Both the position numbers and the translations under genes were made by a program. The notes under the pieces are model-generated. The model was not told the origin of the DNA. It saw only the letters and a program-made list of their open reading frames with translations, and did no database searches. From the human T2T-CHM13v2.0 reference genome, Homo sapiens: a stretch of DNA of 64,000 bases. The stretch lies in NCBI RefSeq assembly GCF_009914755.1, contig NC_060942.1; one strand, 5' to 3'. Below are positions 22,070 to 38,400 of the stretch, piece after piece; within the stretch, counting starts at the first letter, position 1; each line of letters starts with the position of its first letter.

Positions 22070-22682
22070 TAATAAAAAAGCATTGTCTGACACTGTTTTA
22101 AAACTATATTTAGAAATACCAAGAATTTAATAGCCAAGATAACTTTGAAAAAGAACAAAGGTTGAGGATTTACATGATTAAATATCAAAACTTGGTATAA
22201 AGCTAAAGTAAATCAAATAGTAAGGTATTAGAACAAGCATGGACACCTAGAATAATAAAACAGAAAACAGATCAGAAACAGACCTTTCTATATACAGTCA
22301 CCTGATTTTTGACAAAAGCAGTACTACAATTTAGTGTGAGGAATGGCCTTTTCAATAAAAGGTGCTGGATCAACTGGATATCTATGAGGAAAAATTTATT
22401 TTGACCCCTCCTCAAACCCTATACAAAAGTGAGTTTGTGATTTGAAAAAATCACATCAACTAGATCTGAGACCCTGCTGAGAAATGTAAAATAATGTAAC
22501 CTCTTAAAAAAGAATGTAGGACATTATTTTTATAATGTTGGGATAGGCAATGATTTTCCAAATTGTACATAACTATAACTAACCATAATTGATAAATTAA
22601 ACTTTCATAAAATTAACAATTTCTGTTCATCAAAAGACACCATTTAGAGAGTGAAAAGCCAAGCCACACACTGGGGAAAATT
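22070..22682 (+). mobile_element. Old L1M ORF2 fragment
   Basis: 'cctgatttttgacaaaagca...ttttcaataaaaggtgctggatcaactggata...tttctgttcatcaaaagacacca'. Confidence 0.8.
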
Positions 22683-22862
22683 ACTAAAAATACAAAGATT
22701 AGCCGGGTGTGGTGGCACACACCTGTAATCCCAGCAACTTGGGAGGCTGAGGCGGGAGAATCGATTGAACCCGGGCAGCAGTGGTTGCAGTAGCCGAGAT
22801 TGCGCCATTGCACTCCAGCCTGGGAAACGAGCGAGACTTCATCTCAAAACAAGAACAAAAAA
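22683..22862 (+). mobile_element. Alu right monomer only
   Basis: Starts at the middle A-rich linker 'actaaaaatacaaagattagccgggtgtgg'. Confidence 0.9.
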
Positions 22863-22899
22863 GTCTTAGCACTTATTATGTAGTCATTGCTTCCATTTG

Positions 22900-23125
22900 T
22901 GTATACTGACATATACACAAATGAAATACATATTACATTTATAGTAATATGTATTTCAATACATATTACTATATATGTAATTTTATATATAAATTAAAAT
23001 TTATATATAAAATTTTATTTATTATATATTTAATAAATATATGTAATTATATATATTTGTATATATACAAATATATAATAATACATTTATTATATTACAT
23101 ATAATAAATGTATTACTGCTGCTAT
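22900..23125. repeat. AT-rich low-complexity tract with perfect inverted repeats
   Basis: 15-bp inverted arms at 22922-22936/22944-22958 and 22941-22955/22958-22972, and 17-bp arms at 22979-22995/22998-23014. Confidence 0.85.
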
Positions 23126-23569
23126 CTATAAACACACACTGTGTTGCTATTACTCCTGTAATCCCAGACGGGCAGGGATTTACTGTGAGAAAGTTGAACC
23201 TCAACTGGAAAAGTATATGGTTTTGGGGTTTTGTTTGTTTGGGTTGTGGAAAAATAGATGTCAGAAAACAAAGTGGATATCAAGATACTAGAACAGTAAG
23301 AATTTAGGCCTGGGTCTGGAAACGACATTTGAATATCAATATGTAACAGTAGTTCATGTCCAAAACTCACAAGTGAGATGATCAAACTCCAGGGGAGTCT
23401 ATTAATGTGGCCATAAAATCTACCCCATAATTTTGACATAATTTTTCCCGCCCAAAATACAACTGACATCATCTTACAGGTCCGTAAGTGCCATACACCA
23501 AGCAAAATTTCTACCGCAGAAATAACACTGTAATCGTTTGGGGAGCAGTCTGACCAGTGTTCCCTGAGT

Positions 23570-24540
23570 TACGCCGACCGCCCCCAACCATCCTTCTCAC
23601 CTAACTATTACCAGGTCAGGAGGACGTCCTGCTGCACGCTCGGGCGGTCACTCCTCCTTTCCACAAGGCCCATGTCCGCACCGTTCGCCCCGGGGCTCCC
23701 ATGGCCCCCGACCTCCAGTCTCCGGCAACAATGGACCCCCACAGACCCGGCAGGGAGCGAAGGGCGCACACCCACCTCCCGGGAGTCAGTGGGAATAACC
23801 CCGGGCGCTCTGAGGGTACGTCCCACACCCGGAGCCGCACGGGCCCATCCCCGCCAGGTCCGGGCAGGCAGCCCGAGCCCGGGACCCCGCCTCCCCTGCA
23901 CCTAGGGTCCGGGCCGAGCTTGGCAGCTGAGGTCCCGCTCCCACTCCCACTCCCAGCGCCTCCCCCTGGCGGCGGCGGCCGCCTGGGACGCCCCTCCCCG
24001 GGCGCTGCCTCCTCAGAGCGTGACTGCCGCCGGGCCGGGCCGGACAGAGGCCGGCCCCTCTTCCAGCTCCTCCTCACCCCCAGAGGAGACGGGGGACGGG
24101 GATGGGGTTCTAACCAGGCAGCAGGACATAGCAAGGCCAGCCACGGCACAGCCTCCTCCTCCACCATCTCACCAGGCTCCCTGCCAGGGCCGGCGCAGTG
24201 CAGCGCCTGAGCTACTAGGGAGTCTGGTCCGGCTGCTGCTACTCCGCCGCCGCCTTCTCACAGCCACAACAACACTGCAGCAGCGGCCACACAGAGCGCG
24301 CTCCCGACGCCGAGCCGGGCGAAGAGCGGGGACGCGCTCGCACGCTCGGGCGCTGAACCCGGTGTCCGGGAAAGGGTGCTGGTCTCCGCGGGTTGGACGG
24401 GGGCGGGGCCTGGACAGGTGGTCACGCCCCAGGAGATGGGCGGGGCTGCAGCCCAGACGAATACCTGCGGCTGGGGAGAGGCTCGCGAAAAAGCCCAGCG
24501 GAGGCAGAAGGGCTAGACAGATGGGAATTGGGCGCAGGAA
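23570..24540. promoter_or_regulatory. CpG island with promoter motifs, probably minus-strand oriented
   Basis: Dense CpG. GC box GGGGGCGGGGC at ~24399-24409 and GGTCACGCCCC at ~24420. The minus strand reads like a GC-rich 5'UTR ('GCTGCTGCAGTGTTGTTGTGGCTGTGAGAAGGCGGCGGCGGAG'). Parent gene not recognised. Confidence 0.75.
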
Positions 24541-24755
24541 AAGCGATGACAAAAAAAAAATCTGGAAGAAAACCAAAGGTGGTCCTACAAATTTTTAGGA
24601 GGCGTCTTTCCCTGGGCAAGACATGGCTCACTCTACTTACCAGAAAAATAGAACAACAGTGGTATCTTTCACCTGCAATTGTGGTCAGGATAAAACCAGT
24701 TTAATATAGTACAAGTAAATGTAGTGTTTTAGAAGATGTATTCAGAATACAATTT

Positions 24756-25071
24756 CTTTTTTTCTTTTTTTTTTTTTTCTTTTTTTCTTTTGAGACAGAG
24801 TCTGGCTCTGTCTGCCAGGCTGGAATGCAGTGACATCTCAGCTCACTGCAAACTCCGCCTCCCGGGCTCAAGCGATCCTCCCACCTCAGCCTCCTGAGTA
24901 GCTGGGACTACAGGCGCAGAACATCATGCCCGGCTAATTTTTGTATTTTTTGTAGACATGGAGTTTCTGCCATTTCGTCCAGGCTGGTCTCGAACTCCTG
25001 GGCTCAAGCAATCCACCCACCTCGGCCTCCCTAAGCACTGGGATTACAGGCATGAACCACCGCACTCGATC
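24756..25071 (-). mobile_element. Alu (J-like)
   Basis: Dimer. TSD 'cagaatacaatttc'. Confidence 0.93.
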
Positions 25072-25397
25072 CAGAATACAATTTCAAACTGATTCAACTT
25101 CAGCTCCTAATCAAAAGCTTAGCGGGAAGAAGGGAATTTTCAAACAAAATAAAGCCCTCCCGCCAAAATTGTAACCTACCCACACTAGCCTGCGGAATTC
25201 CACAAACCAGGATCGCATTACCGCAGGCCCTAACAGATTCACCTCTGAGTTGCCTTTTAACATTCTACCCTTGACTTTTCTGGGAACTGTCTGGGAGAAC
25301 TAGTCAAATGAAATCTATTCCTGCATCTGTCGTAAAGTTTTTCCACGGCACTTTCTGAAATTTATTTTCAATGTTTATTGTTTTTTCACTCCACTTA

Positions 25398-25829
<432 letters not shown>

Positions 25830-26072
25830 TCATACAACTCATCTAATTGAATCTTCACAACTTTAATAGGTAGACGCCCTTATCTCCATGTTACAGATGA
25901 AGAAAGTGAAGCACAGAATAAATTGCACGTATTAAAATTCAAACCCAAACCCAGCAGACAAACAAAACAAAACAAAACAAAAAAAAACCACTGTGCTCTC
26001 ACCCACCAGGCTGTACTGCCCAGTGCATGACACAGTAGCCTGAAATAAAATCTCAAGTAAGAAATTACTTTA

Positions 26073-26367
<295 letters not shown>

Positions 26368-26679
26368 TTACTTTAGAGGTAAATTCTTGGAAAACCCTTG
26401 CTTTACTACCAGGAAAACCAGCGCTCTTCCTGCTTTTTGATAACTCTTATGCAGCTGATTGTGTCTCTCTTTTCACTCTGGCTTCCAGAAAGCCCAAGGC
26501 TAAATGACCAGGGCTCAGCAATGACCTCGGCTTGGCCCTTAAGGTCCACTCCTGCCTCACCTTTGCACCTTTATTTATATGTGGCTGTCCTGATTTTCCC
26601 TTTCTGTTATATGACTGTAGGCTTTATGGAATGGGAGAAGAAATAGTAAATACATAAAATTGATGAATGACTTAAAGTC

Positions 26680-26977
<298 letters not shown>

Positions 26978-26979
26978 TC

Positions 26980-27060
26980 ATTTTTATTTTTATATTTTAT
27001 TTTATTTTATTTTCACACAAGGCCTCACTCTGTTGCCCAGGCTGGAGTGCAGTGGCTCAC
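26980..27060 (-). mobile_element. Alu 3' stub, abruptly truncated
   Basis: T-rich tail plus 'ctcactctgttgcccaggctggagtgcagtggc', followed by unrelated sequence. Confidence 0.8.
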
Positions 27061-29434
27061 AGCCACCAGGTGAATAGGGCCCACAAGTCACCCTTGCTAA
27101 GAGGGAGAGTCCAGAGCAGGACATGGGTAGATGCCAAAGGCAGCACTCCCTACTCCACACATGGGTTTCTGTCAAGTAAATCACCAGCCAGGTGAGGTGC
27201 ATAGAGCATCTCGGGAGATGGGACACCGTGTTGTCCGCTCCTTCAGCCAGGAGGCCCCACACTGAGCGCCACTGCCTCCACTGTCCGATGCTACAGGAGA
27301 GACGTTTCCTGCTGGTTAAGGAAGTGGAAACTGCAGATCACTTTTCATCTTATTGGAAATCACTCTTTGACACTTTTGCCTCGTCTTCACTCAGTACACA
27401 TTGACTCTACCCGCAATAGTGTAAAAATAAACACAGCTTAAGGAAATAGGAACCCTTCACTCCTGGGACTTAAAAGCTTGACTTTCTCCAGTAAGTCAAT
27501 TACCAGTGTCCATGGCAGGAACAGCTCTGATGCCAGGGTTGACAGCACACTGGAAAACAGGAGGGTGTTTGCATTTCTGGGGCCTCAAGTAATGAGAGGT
27601 TCTTCCAAGAACACTGACAGGGGTATTGTTGCCCTATTTTAGAATTATTACTGTGAAGATCAGGGAATTTCAGTCAGTTGAACTCATGCCACAGCACCTG
27701 TGCTTTTCCAGTATGGGAGGGATGGAGTCCCTCGCAGGGGTCCCCCGTCATGGGGGAAAGCTCTGTGATGGGATGTCTGTGGGGGAATTAGAACCCTATA
27801 GCAGATGGGATAGGGTGGGGAGTCTACATATTTTTATTTGGATGCTTTGATGGAGTAAAGTTCCAAACCAAGTATCAGGCAGATGGCAGTCCAGGCTGTG
27901 GTGCTGTGCTGTGAGGCTGGGAGTCCAGGCAGGTCCTGTGTTCACTGGTCACTTCCACAGCCTGAAGCCCCTCGAAAGGACATCTGCACAGAGGCCTGCA
28001 AGTGACTTCAGGATGCTGATGATGCCCTCAAGGTGAGAGCCAGAGAAAATCCCGTCAACTCTGCCAACCAAGGGCTTCAATGGGCATGTGTGTGGTTTTC
28101 TCCGGCAAAGAACAAGCCAGTTTGCAAACCATGCTTTTGAGGCTAGAAAAAATGTCTGTATTCCTTCAGTGTCTCCTGAAGGCTGGGTCCCCTGAGAGTG
28201 GATTCAAATACTGTATTCTCATATAAAATACGGTAACATTTAGACCTGAAAAATGGCCTGGGGGATAATCTTATCAAACCTCTGATGTGGTTATTTTGTA
28301 ACTGAGTATATTGAAGGCTGGGGAACAAAGCCATCTGGTGCCAGCATCCTAGCTGCTCTCTCTCCTCCAGGGGCTTGCCTTGGTTTGGGGCCTTTCCAGC
28401 AAAATTAGGCTGAAGAAATGAGATTTTAGTTAAACAAGGCCCACTGTTGCTTTAAGACAAAATGTCAAAGTTTTTAAAAATGTATTAACTTGTTCTTTTG
28501 GCCAAGAAATCAATAGATGCACTTCCTTTCCACTGTGCAGGCACTGAGCTGACAGAGGAGTAAGAGCTTGAACCATCTACGTGGTCTGAGTGACCACATC
28601 CTTCACTCGGAGCCCTGTTCTACAACAGATAATTCTGAGTCACCCCAGCTAATGGCCGTGCACAGCATCCTGATGCTCTGATTAGGCTGAAGGGCATGTG
28701 GCGTGGTGGCTAGGCTGTCTCAGAGAGCACCTCAGGCTGGGTGGACCAGGCTGACCCAGAAAAGGGCAATGGGCCTTTGACAGGGACTAGCTGGCTACTA
28801 TCTGCCTCTTCTGCAGTTTGGGACACTTACGGTGATGGGTGAAAGTGTTTTTCCATATATAGTGGCCTGAAAGGAAAGGATACTCATGCCAGTGTTCAGA
28901 AAGTGTGTGGGTTTCTCAGGTAACATTACTGCAGCCACTGATGTCTAATCCAAAGAGCTCTGAATGCTTGCTATAGAGATTTGTAGTTTTAATACTGAAG
29001 CCCCGAATATTCTGATTTCCTCATTAAGACCGACCTAACATGAGCTATGTAGTCAGCTAAGGTATCAACGGAAGGAAATTGCCAGTGGTTTCCCTCTTAT
29101 TTTCCTCTGAGGTCATCTGAGAACAACTGCAGTGAGGACAGAGTTCGTGCAGCACTGATGGCTGTGTGTTCCCAGGTCCAAGCATGCACTAAATATTTAA
29201 TTCATTTGAATATAAATAAGTTAATAAATATGAATACATTAATAAATTAATTGGCATATTTTTAGTCCTGTTGCAGTTTCAAACTCACCAATTTATCCAA
29301 CTTCTTTGCACTGAGTTCTTATTCAAGTGAAGTATTCCAGTCTTGTGACTAGTACTTCTGACATAATAATAGTAACAACTAATATTTATTTAGAACTTTA
29401 GTTTACCAAGCACTCTACATTTAAGTTTATTATT

Positions 29435-29575
29435 TGTTATTTATTTATTTATTTTTTTAGTAGAGACAGGGTTTCACCATGTTAGCCAGGATGGTCTCAA
29501 TCTCCTGACCTCGTGATCCGTGCCCTCGGCCTCCCAAAGTGCTGGGATTACAGGCATTAGCCATCGCACCCAGCC
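29435..29575 (-). mobile_element. Alu left monomer inserted in a MIR
   Basis: 'tagagacagggtttcaccatgttagccaggatggtctc...'. Flanked by 'ctacattt' duplicates, with MIR-like sequence on either side. Confidence 0.85.
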
Positions 29576-32500
29576 TACATTTTATTTTTACATTTTGTCT
29601 TTACAAACCCCCACGGGGCAGGCATTCTACTTACACACAGTGTTAATTGGTGACACAGAGGCTCAGGGGTTTAAATGGTTTCACTGAAAGCAATGTAATC
29701 TAGTAGGATGTTGCTTTCCTATTTTTCCTAATACTACCATGTTTAGATGCAGGCGGCTAAGTGAGAGTATATGATTTCCTGTGTATGTATAGATGTAACC
29801 CACACTCACAGGCGGGAAGTTCTGCAGGCCGAGAAGCGAAGCCCTTTGCTGAACAACCACCACCAACATTCTAGGACCCCCACACCCTTGGTTCTGCAGG
29901 CTACACCCCTCCCATCTGCTGAGAACCAGAAAGAAAACTCTGTGGTTACTTTTCCCTTTGACAATAAACCGTGGTTCTCTTCAACGTTCTCCTGGGGACT
30001 TGGGTCAATGTTCCCCCACGCAAATGTTAGCCAGGCCCAGAGTTATTTTTTCCCCTACCCCTGCAGATTGATCATGGCATGCAGCTGCCCCATACTGTAT
30101 TTTGGTCTCCCCCATCAGCATCCCATCTGCTGCTTGTGCCTCTGGCCAGCTTCTTGCATGGTCCTGACATGGTGTGGTCACTCTCACATTATTTGCACAC
30201 ATTGTTTACCTATAGCTGGACACATTGTTCATAGGAGCCCAGCTGGTAAAGTAAAAATATTCCAAGACTGTGCTGATAAGCTACTTCTTCCCTGCATCCT
30301 GGGCTGGTGAGAAGCTAAAGAGGAATGAATGCTCTGCCTGTGAAGAGGCCGCACTGCAGAGAGGAGGAGGCAGAGATGCAGTCGTCACGGCCCCAACACC
30401 CTGCCTGGCCCTAGTTTTGTAGATCCAGGGAAGAGTTTTGCACAAATTCTCACTGGGAGCATTGTCAGGGCTGCAGCACATCACTCTTTTTTGACCTGAG
30501 TCATTTTAACGTTAGCTCTAATGCCAAAAAAGATGAAATTGAAGTTGCCAACATCTGAGGGAAGGCAAAAACCAGCGAATTTCTACCCAGGGAGAGTTCC
30601 TCTGCAGGGCCCCTGCTCCTGGTGGCCTGGAGTTGGGGAGGCCTCTGGAGCAAGTCAGGGGATGGGATTCTGGGTTTTCTTCCATTTTATTATTTTCCTA
30701 TTTTGACATCTTTGAAAAATGGCTCAGCCTCGTGGTGTATGGGTCTTCTGATTGCTTTTGTCTTGATTTTATTCTGACTTAGGGGCAATGGCCACTGTGG
30801 GCTCCTCATCCAGGTTGAAGAGGGCCCCTCCATGGCCTGGGTCCGTCCATGCTGTTCACGGTGGCCTCATGGATCATCATACAAAGGATGATCTCAGTGA
30901 TGAGCTTGAGCCTACACAAAATTAAATTATATGGGTTTATAAGATGCTTGCCTCAGGATCAGTGACATCAGGCCTGTCCCTGCTGCTAGCAAGGCCGACT
31001 TTATAATGTGCTATCATGGTGGTAAAGGCATCACCCACTTGATGGAGATCCCAAAGACCAGCTCTACTCGAGAGAGATTTAAGCTAAGTTGCCTGGGAGT
31101 CCCTGGTGCTTTTTCAAGGTTCTACTGAAGACAATGCCATCATCCAGGTATCTCTGAATGCCTATGTAGCTCTTGCCTCAGGAGCTCTGAGACCCCATGT
31201 TATCTATTTTTGAATTGGCCAAGGCCCCTAGCCAGGAAAGGGATGCTCTTCCCATCCTTGTCAGCCCTCGTGTCTTGTATTCCACCCCACAGCCTCCTAG
31301 CAAGCATCTCAGTGTCTGCAGGTGAGCATGGCTGAGTTCAGTCTTGCTTACTGCAACTACAGACATGAGGCCTGTGGAACTAAGAATCCTCTCATTTGCT
31401 GACTGGCATTTTGTTTAAGTCCCAGATCACTAATCTCTGGCAAGACAATCTTCTTTGTGTTTCCTGGTGATGGACTTGAGTGATTTCAATGTAAACAGTG
31501 GCTCCACCTGGGAGGATATCCCCTTCCCACGGTGGGGGGTGCATAGCCCCTGCCAGGTTTCTGCTGTTATCTCATCCTCCCACTGGGCTTTTCCCCTGCA
31601 GATGGCCTGGTGCCCACACTGCCTGCAAATGGCCACTCTTGCTTGTCCCAACCCCACCTCCACTGCAGCTTCCCAGAGCCCTAGAAGGGCCGGGCCCTGG
31701 CTGAGCACTATTCCTAGGCCCTGGATGGCGGGTGTGGAACTATGTACTTGTCAAGGTCATTTCCTCTTCTATTTTCATCATGTTAAGTAAATCCCTCTCT
31801 CATCATAAAATGCCCTGGAGAGAACAGATGCATGGCTGTGGAGTCTTGTTCTGGGATATGTCAGGTACGGGCTCAGGTGTGTGGAGGCTGCAGGGGGTGG
31901 ACATGAGTGGTCTTTCTCTCGCTGTGAATCGCATGTTTTGTGCCAGCCGAAGGGTTCTGTGGAGGAGAATCAGCTGGTCACCTGGCTGAGTCTAACTCTG
32001 GGATGGCGACAGCCGAAGCCCCAGCTCCATTCCCTGACTTTCCCTAGGCTGCTGCATGGGTTCCCTGGCACTGTCACTGGGCTAATGCATTCTATCTCCT
32101 CCTGGGGTGAGGCCAGCCTTTACTCATGGTTTTTGCCCATTCCACATCATTCTGCCTCCCACCCTTGGCTTTTTCAAAAATCTGATCCAAGAGTGTGCAA
32201 GGGGGTTAGAAACATGCTGTCCACAGGGAACTAAAATACACTGAGATGAGAAACCAGAAGCACGTGCTTTGGAGCTGTCATACCTTCTGGGAACTGAGAA
32301 GCAAACTCAGAGATGCCTGGAAACCTTGGGAGCACACGAGGTCTCTGCATATATTTCGGTTGCAGATGTGTTTCTAGTCAAAGTAAAAAACACACGAAGG
32401 GCATTCATGTTTCCAGGAACAGAAGCATCCTGTCTGATTTTTCAGAGGTGAAGGGGGCAGTCTGAAGGGGCCGTGGCATAAGTGTGTCTACAATCAAAGC

Positions 32501-35239
32501 TCACAGCCAAGGCCCTGGGGGAGGTTCAGGTGTGCCCCAGGGGGTGCGCCCCATCCAGCACTGCACTGCCAGGGGCCTTGTCTTTATTAAATTCTAGGCC
32601 TTTTTCTGGGCACTAGTTACAAAAGGGGGGTTCAATGAACCCTAGGTTCTGTGGCTGCCACCCACCTCAGGGTCACACAGGTAATGATCACCACCCCCTC
32701 CACCTTCTGCTGAGGGTCCTGGTGACCCCCTGGTTGTGTAACCCAGGCCCTCACCCCTAAGGGGCCCTCAGCCTTGCTCACCTCAGAGTCCTTGGTCTAG
32801 GGCTCCTGCACTTGTCCACATGCCATCAAATGCTGTGTACTGGGAGGTACTTGCGTGGAGCCCCTCCTTCCCCAGGCAGCACAGCTCTGCTCCTGCTGAC
32901 ACCATGGTCCAGGTGGTACCCATTTTTCTGCCCGCAGGTCCCATGGAGGAGCAGCCTGAGGACAAAGCAGCACCCAGAGCTTGTGTTTTCAGAGAACCTG
33001 GCCCTGCCCTGGCTAGAAGCCCCACAGCTGTGGAAACCAGGACCTCCTGCTTTTCAGAACCTAGATATGCAGATATAGATGCACCTCAGAGGTCCTGGAT
33101 GTGATGTGGAAGGTTGGGGGACACTGGGCTTCCTACTGCTGTGCTCTCATTGCCACATCTTCTACCTAGTGGGACAAGGCAGCTAGCAAAGGTGACAGAT
33201 TCCTGCAGACACTGTGTCCTCCCACATCCTGACCTGGCACCTGAGCCACACTGCTGGGTCTGAAGCTCCCAGGAGCATGTGTGTGCTGTGACCAGTGGAC
33301 CTACTGCATGTGCCCTCTTCCTCCCTCTGTGGCGTGAAATCAGTTCCTCTGATGGTGTCATGTGAGGTCTTGTCCTGATGGGCAGAACTTTCTATAAACC
33401 ATCCGATGGCCCCGGGGAAAAGCAAGCTCATCCTTTCAGGTTTAACTGTTTCTGTTAAATGCAACCCTGTCCTTCCCAGGGCATCAGGTCCCGGTGCAGT
33501 TGTCCCAGCCTGGCAGGAAATCTCCTTGAGGATTGTGTGGAGGGTGCAGCCTGGGCCTGACTCGTGACCCTGGCAAAGGGCAGGTGAGCCCTGGGGCTGA
33601 CCACCTGCACTTTCTGTTTGTGGTGGGAGACGTTGGGCAATATTTCTTGCCTTTCCTTTAGAGAGCATCTCCCAGCCTGCCCAGACCACTAGACCCCTAA
33701 AAATGTGACTTGTAGGCAGGGCCTGGCTCTCTGTGGTGCTTTTCTCTCCCCTCCAAGCACCTGTGACTCTCAGGCCTCCAGCCCTGCTGGCTTCCCCGAT
33801 CTGAGCTCCTGATGCAGGGTGAGGACTGTATTGTGGCAGACAGCATGCCGGTTTACACAGTTCTGGGAGAAAACTATAGGTATACATTATTTTATGTCCC
33901 AAGTAAATGAATCCCATTTATGGATACTTTTTTTGGCACAGAGGGAAGAAATGCATTGGTGAGATCCATGGGCCAGAGCTCAGGCCTGTGCTCAGGCTCT
34001 GGCAGCAGCTGTGCAGCTCTGGAGCTGTTGTGGAGTGGGGAGGTGCTGTGTCTTTGCTCCCGGGTTAAAGGCTTCATTTGTTTCTTTGTTCAGTTTGTTT
34101 TCTTTGACCCCTGTTCAGCAATGCTGAAAATCAAGCATTCCTAAGAGGTGGAGACATGGCTTTGGAGCAGGGGTGGGCCATTGGGTGGAAATGGAAAATA
34201 GGTTGATAGTGGGAATTTCATTTTCTGGAGCACACGTGCAGCCTCTTGATGGCCTCATCACAAGTTCACCTGATGACCTGAGTGGACACTGTCCTTCTCC
34301 TGAGTAGGTTACATGCTTGCCAGGCACATGAACAGTGCATGCTCACATTCTTCAAAGTGAACGAACTAAGAAGGATTTGTCAGCACATTGTAAGCCTGAA
34401 GCTGCCAGTGTTTGGTCCACGGTAAACCACATGTGGAGAGCTTAAAAAAATGCCCTCATATCTGGCAAGAAAATGACAATAATAAATTAAATTATTACTG
34501 TAATACACGTTTCTTTAGTTACGATTAGATATATTACACATATAACTAACAATTTTGCAGAAATTTCTCATCTACCAGTATTTATTTATTTTTTTCATAA
34601 GTTTCCAAGGAACCCTAATGATGCGGACTGTCACTTTTAAAATTAAATTTTGTAAATAACTCCCAGAGCCATACTGATAAGAAACAAAACAAAACAAAAA
34701 GAACTAGAAATGTGAACAAACATTGGATTTCTGCTGGAAAAAAGGTTGCAAAGCAGGCCTGCCTGCTGCACTTCCCCAGAGCTAATCCTTGAGCCGAAAG
34801 AGCTTCCTGGTGAAGCCTCGCACTCTCTGTAACAGGGCGTGGGGGGACCGAGACATGCGGGCTCCAGATTAGACCATCTTTACCTAGTTATGGGATTTCA
34901 GTCATGTCTTTTAAATTCTTTGAGCTGCAGTTTTCACATACGTAAAGTGAAAGTATTTTTAAAATTTTAATTTGTGTTATGGCCTTGTATAAATATAGAA
35001 TAGTACATTTGAAAGCATTTTAGCTGAAGTCAAACATTCACGTGTGTGCATGCAATGGCTTCTTAATTATTTTAGGGCTTAACCTGGTTTTACTAGTACT
35101 GTTACTAGCACTGCTACTTCTCCATGTCTCTGAAGACTATGAAATACTTAGAATTGAAGCAACAAGAAGCACCTGTCAAAGGGTTCTATGGCCGATGACA
35201 GCTTTGACACAACTGGATATAATAATATGTTAGATGGTA

Positions 35240-37270
<2,031 letters not shown>

Positions 37271-37489
37271 AGAAATTACAAAAAACTGGAGCTAGGGACC
37301 AAAGGACTAACATAACTCAAAACAAAAAACATGCCCCATATAGTTTAGGAAAAAAACGGCACAGTGATTTAATGGTAAATCACTATAAACATGAAGGGAT
37401 TCACCCAGAGTTCAAGACGACAACATGTGTCAGCCTGACTTTCCGAATGACTGCACAGGAAAGGCTGCCATCCAAGGAAGCACAGAAAA

Positions 37490-38400
37490 GGACACCCCTT
37501 AGGTCCTGGATGGAGGAGGATGACCCCCAATACTGGATGGAGAAGGATGCCCCCCAGTCCTAGATGGAGAAGGATGCCCCCCAGTCCCAGATGGAGAAGG
37601 ATGCCCCCCTCAGTCCTGGATGGAGATGGATGCCCCCTAGTTACTGGATGATAAAGGATGTTCCCCAAGTCCTGGATGGAGAAGGATGACCCCAATTCCG
37701 GGATGAAGAAGGATGCCCCCCAATTCTGGGATGGAGAAGGATGCCCCCCAGTCCTGGATGGAGAAGGATGCCCCCTAGTCCTTGATGGAGAAGGATACCC
37801 CCTAGTTACTGGATGGAAAATGATGTCCCCCGAGTCCTGGATGGAGAAAGACGGTCCTCCAAGTCCTGGATGGACTCCAAGTCCTGGATGGAAAAGGATG
37901 CCCCCCAATTCCTGAGTGGAGAAGGATGCCCCCCTCAGTCCTGGATGGAGAAGGATGCCCCCTAGTTACTGGATGGAAAAAGATGTCCCCCAACTCCTGG
38001 ATGGAGAGGGATGCTCCCCAATTCCTGAATGTAGAAGGATGCCCCTAGTTCTACATGGAGAAGGACAACCCCCGGTCCTGAATGAAGAAGGATAACCCCC
38101 TAGTCCTGGATGAAGAAGGATGCCCCCCAAGTCCTAAATGGAGAAGGATGCCCCCAAAGTCCTAAATGGGGAAGGATGCCCCCCAAGTCCAGTTGAAGAA
38201 GAATTTCCCCCATTCCTGAATGGAATACGATCCCCTTCAAGTCCTGGGTAGATAAGACATCTCCCAAGTCCTGGGTGGAGGACACCCCTCAGGTCCTGGA
38301 TGGAGAAAGGATGCCCCCTAGGTCCTGGATGGAGAAGGATGTTCCCCAAGTCCTGCTTGGAGAAGCTGGCTCTGGGGACCGCATAGGGAAGGATGCCCCT
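37490..38400. repeat. Minisatellite, ~27-bp unit (TGGATGGAGAAGGATGCCCCCCAGTCC), roughly 33 degenerate copies
   Basis: The unit is directly visible. The ORF track shows a 9-aa periodicity (WMEKDAPQS). Confidence 0.95.

Noticed and set aside
23608-24704. Many overlapping long ORFs as real CDS
   Set aside because: Stop-codon depletion is expected in GC-rich islands, and I recognise no domain. Only the ATG-24167 ORF is kept as a hypothesis.
33183-33917. 244-aa minus-strand ORF, the longest in the track
   Set aside because: No recognisable homology or domain pattern. Likely a chance ORF in moderately GC-rich DNA.
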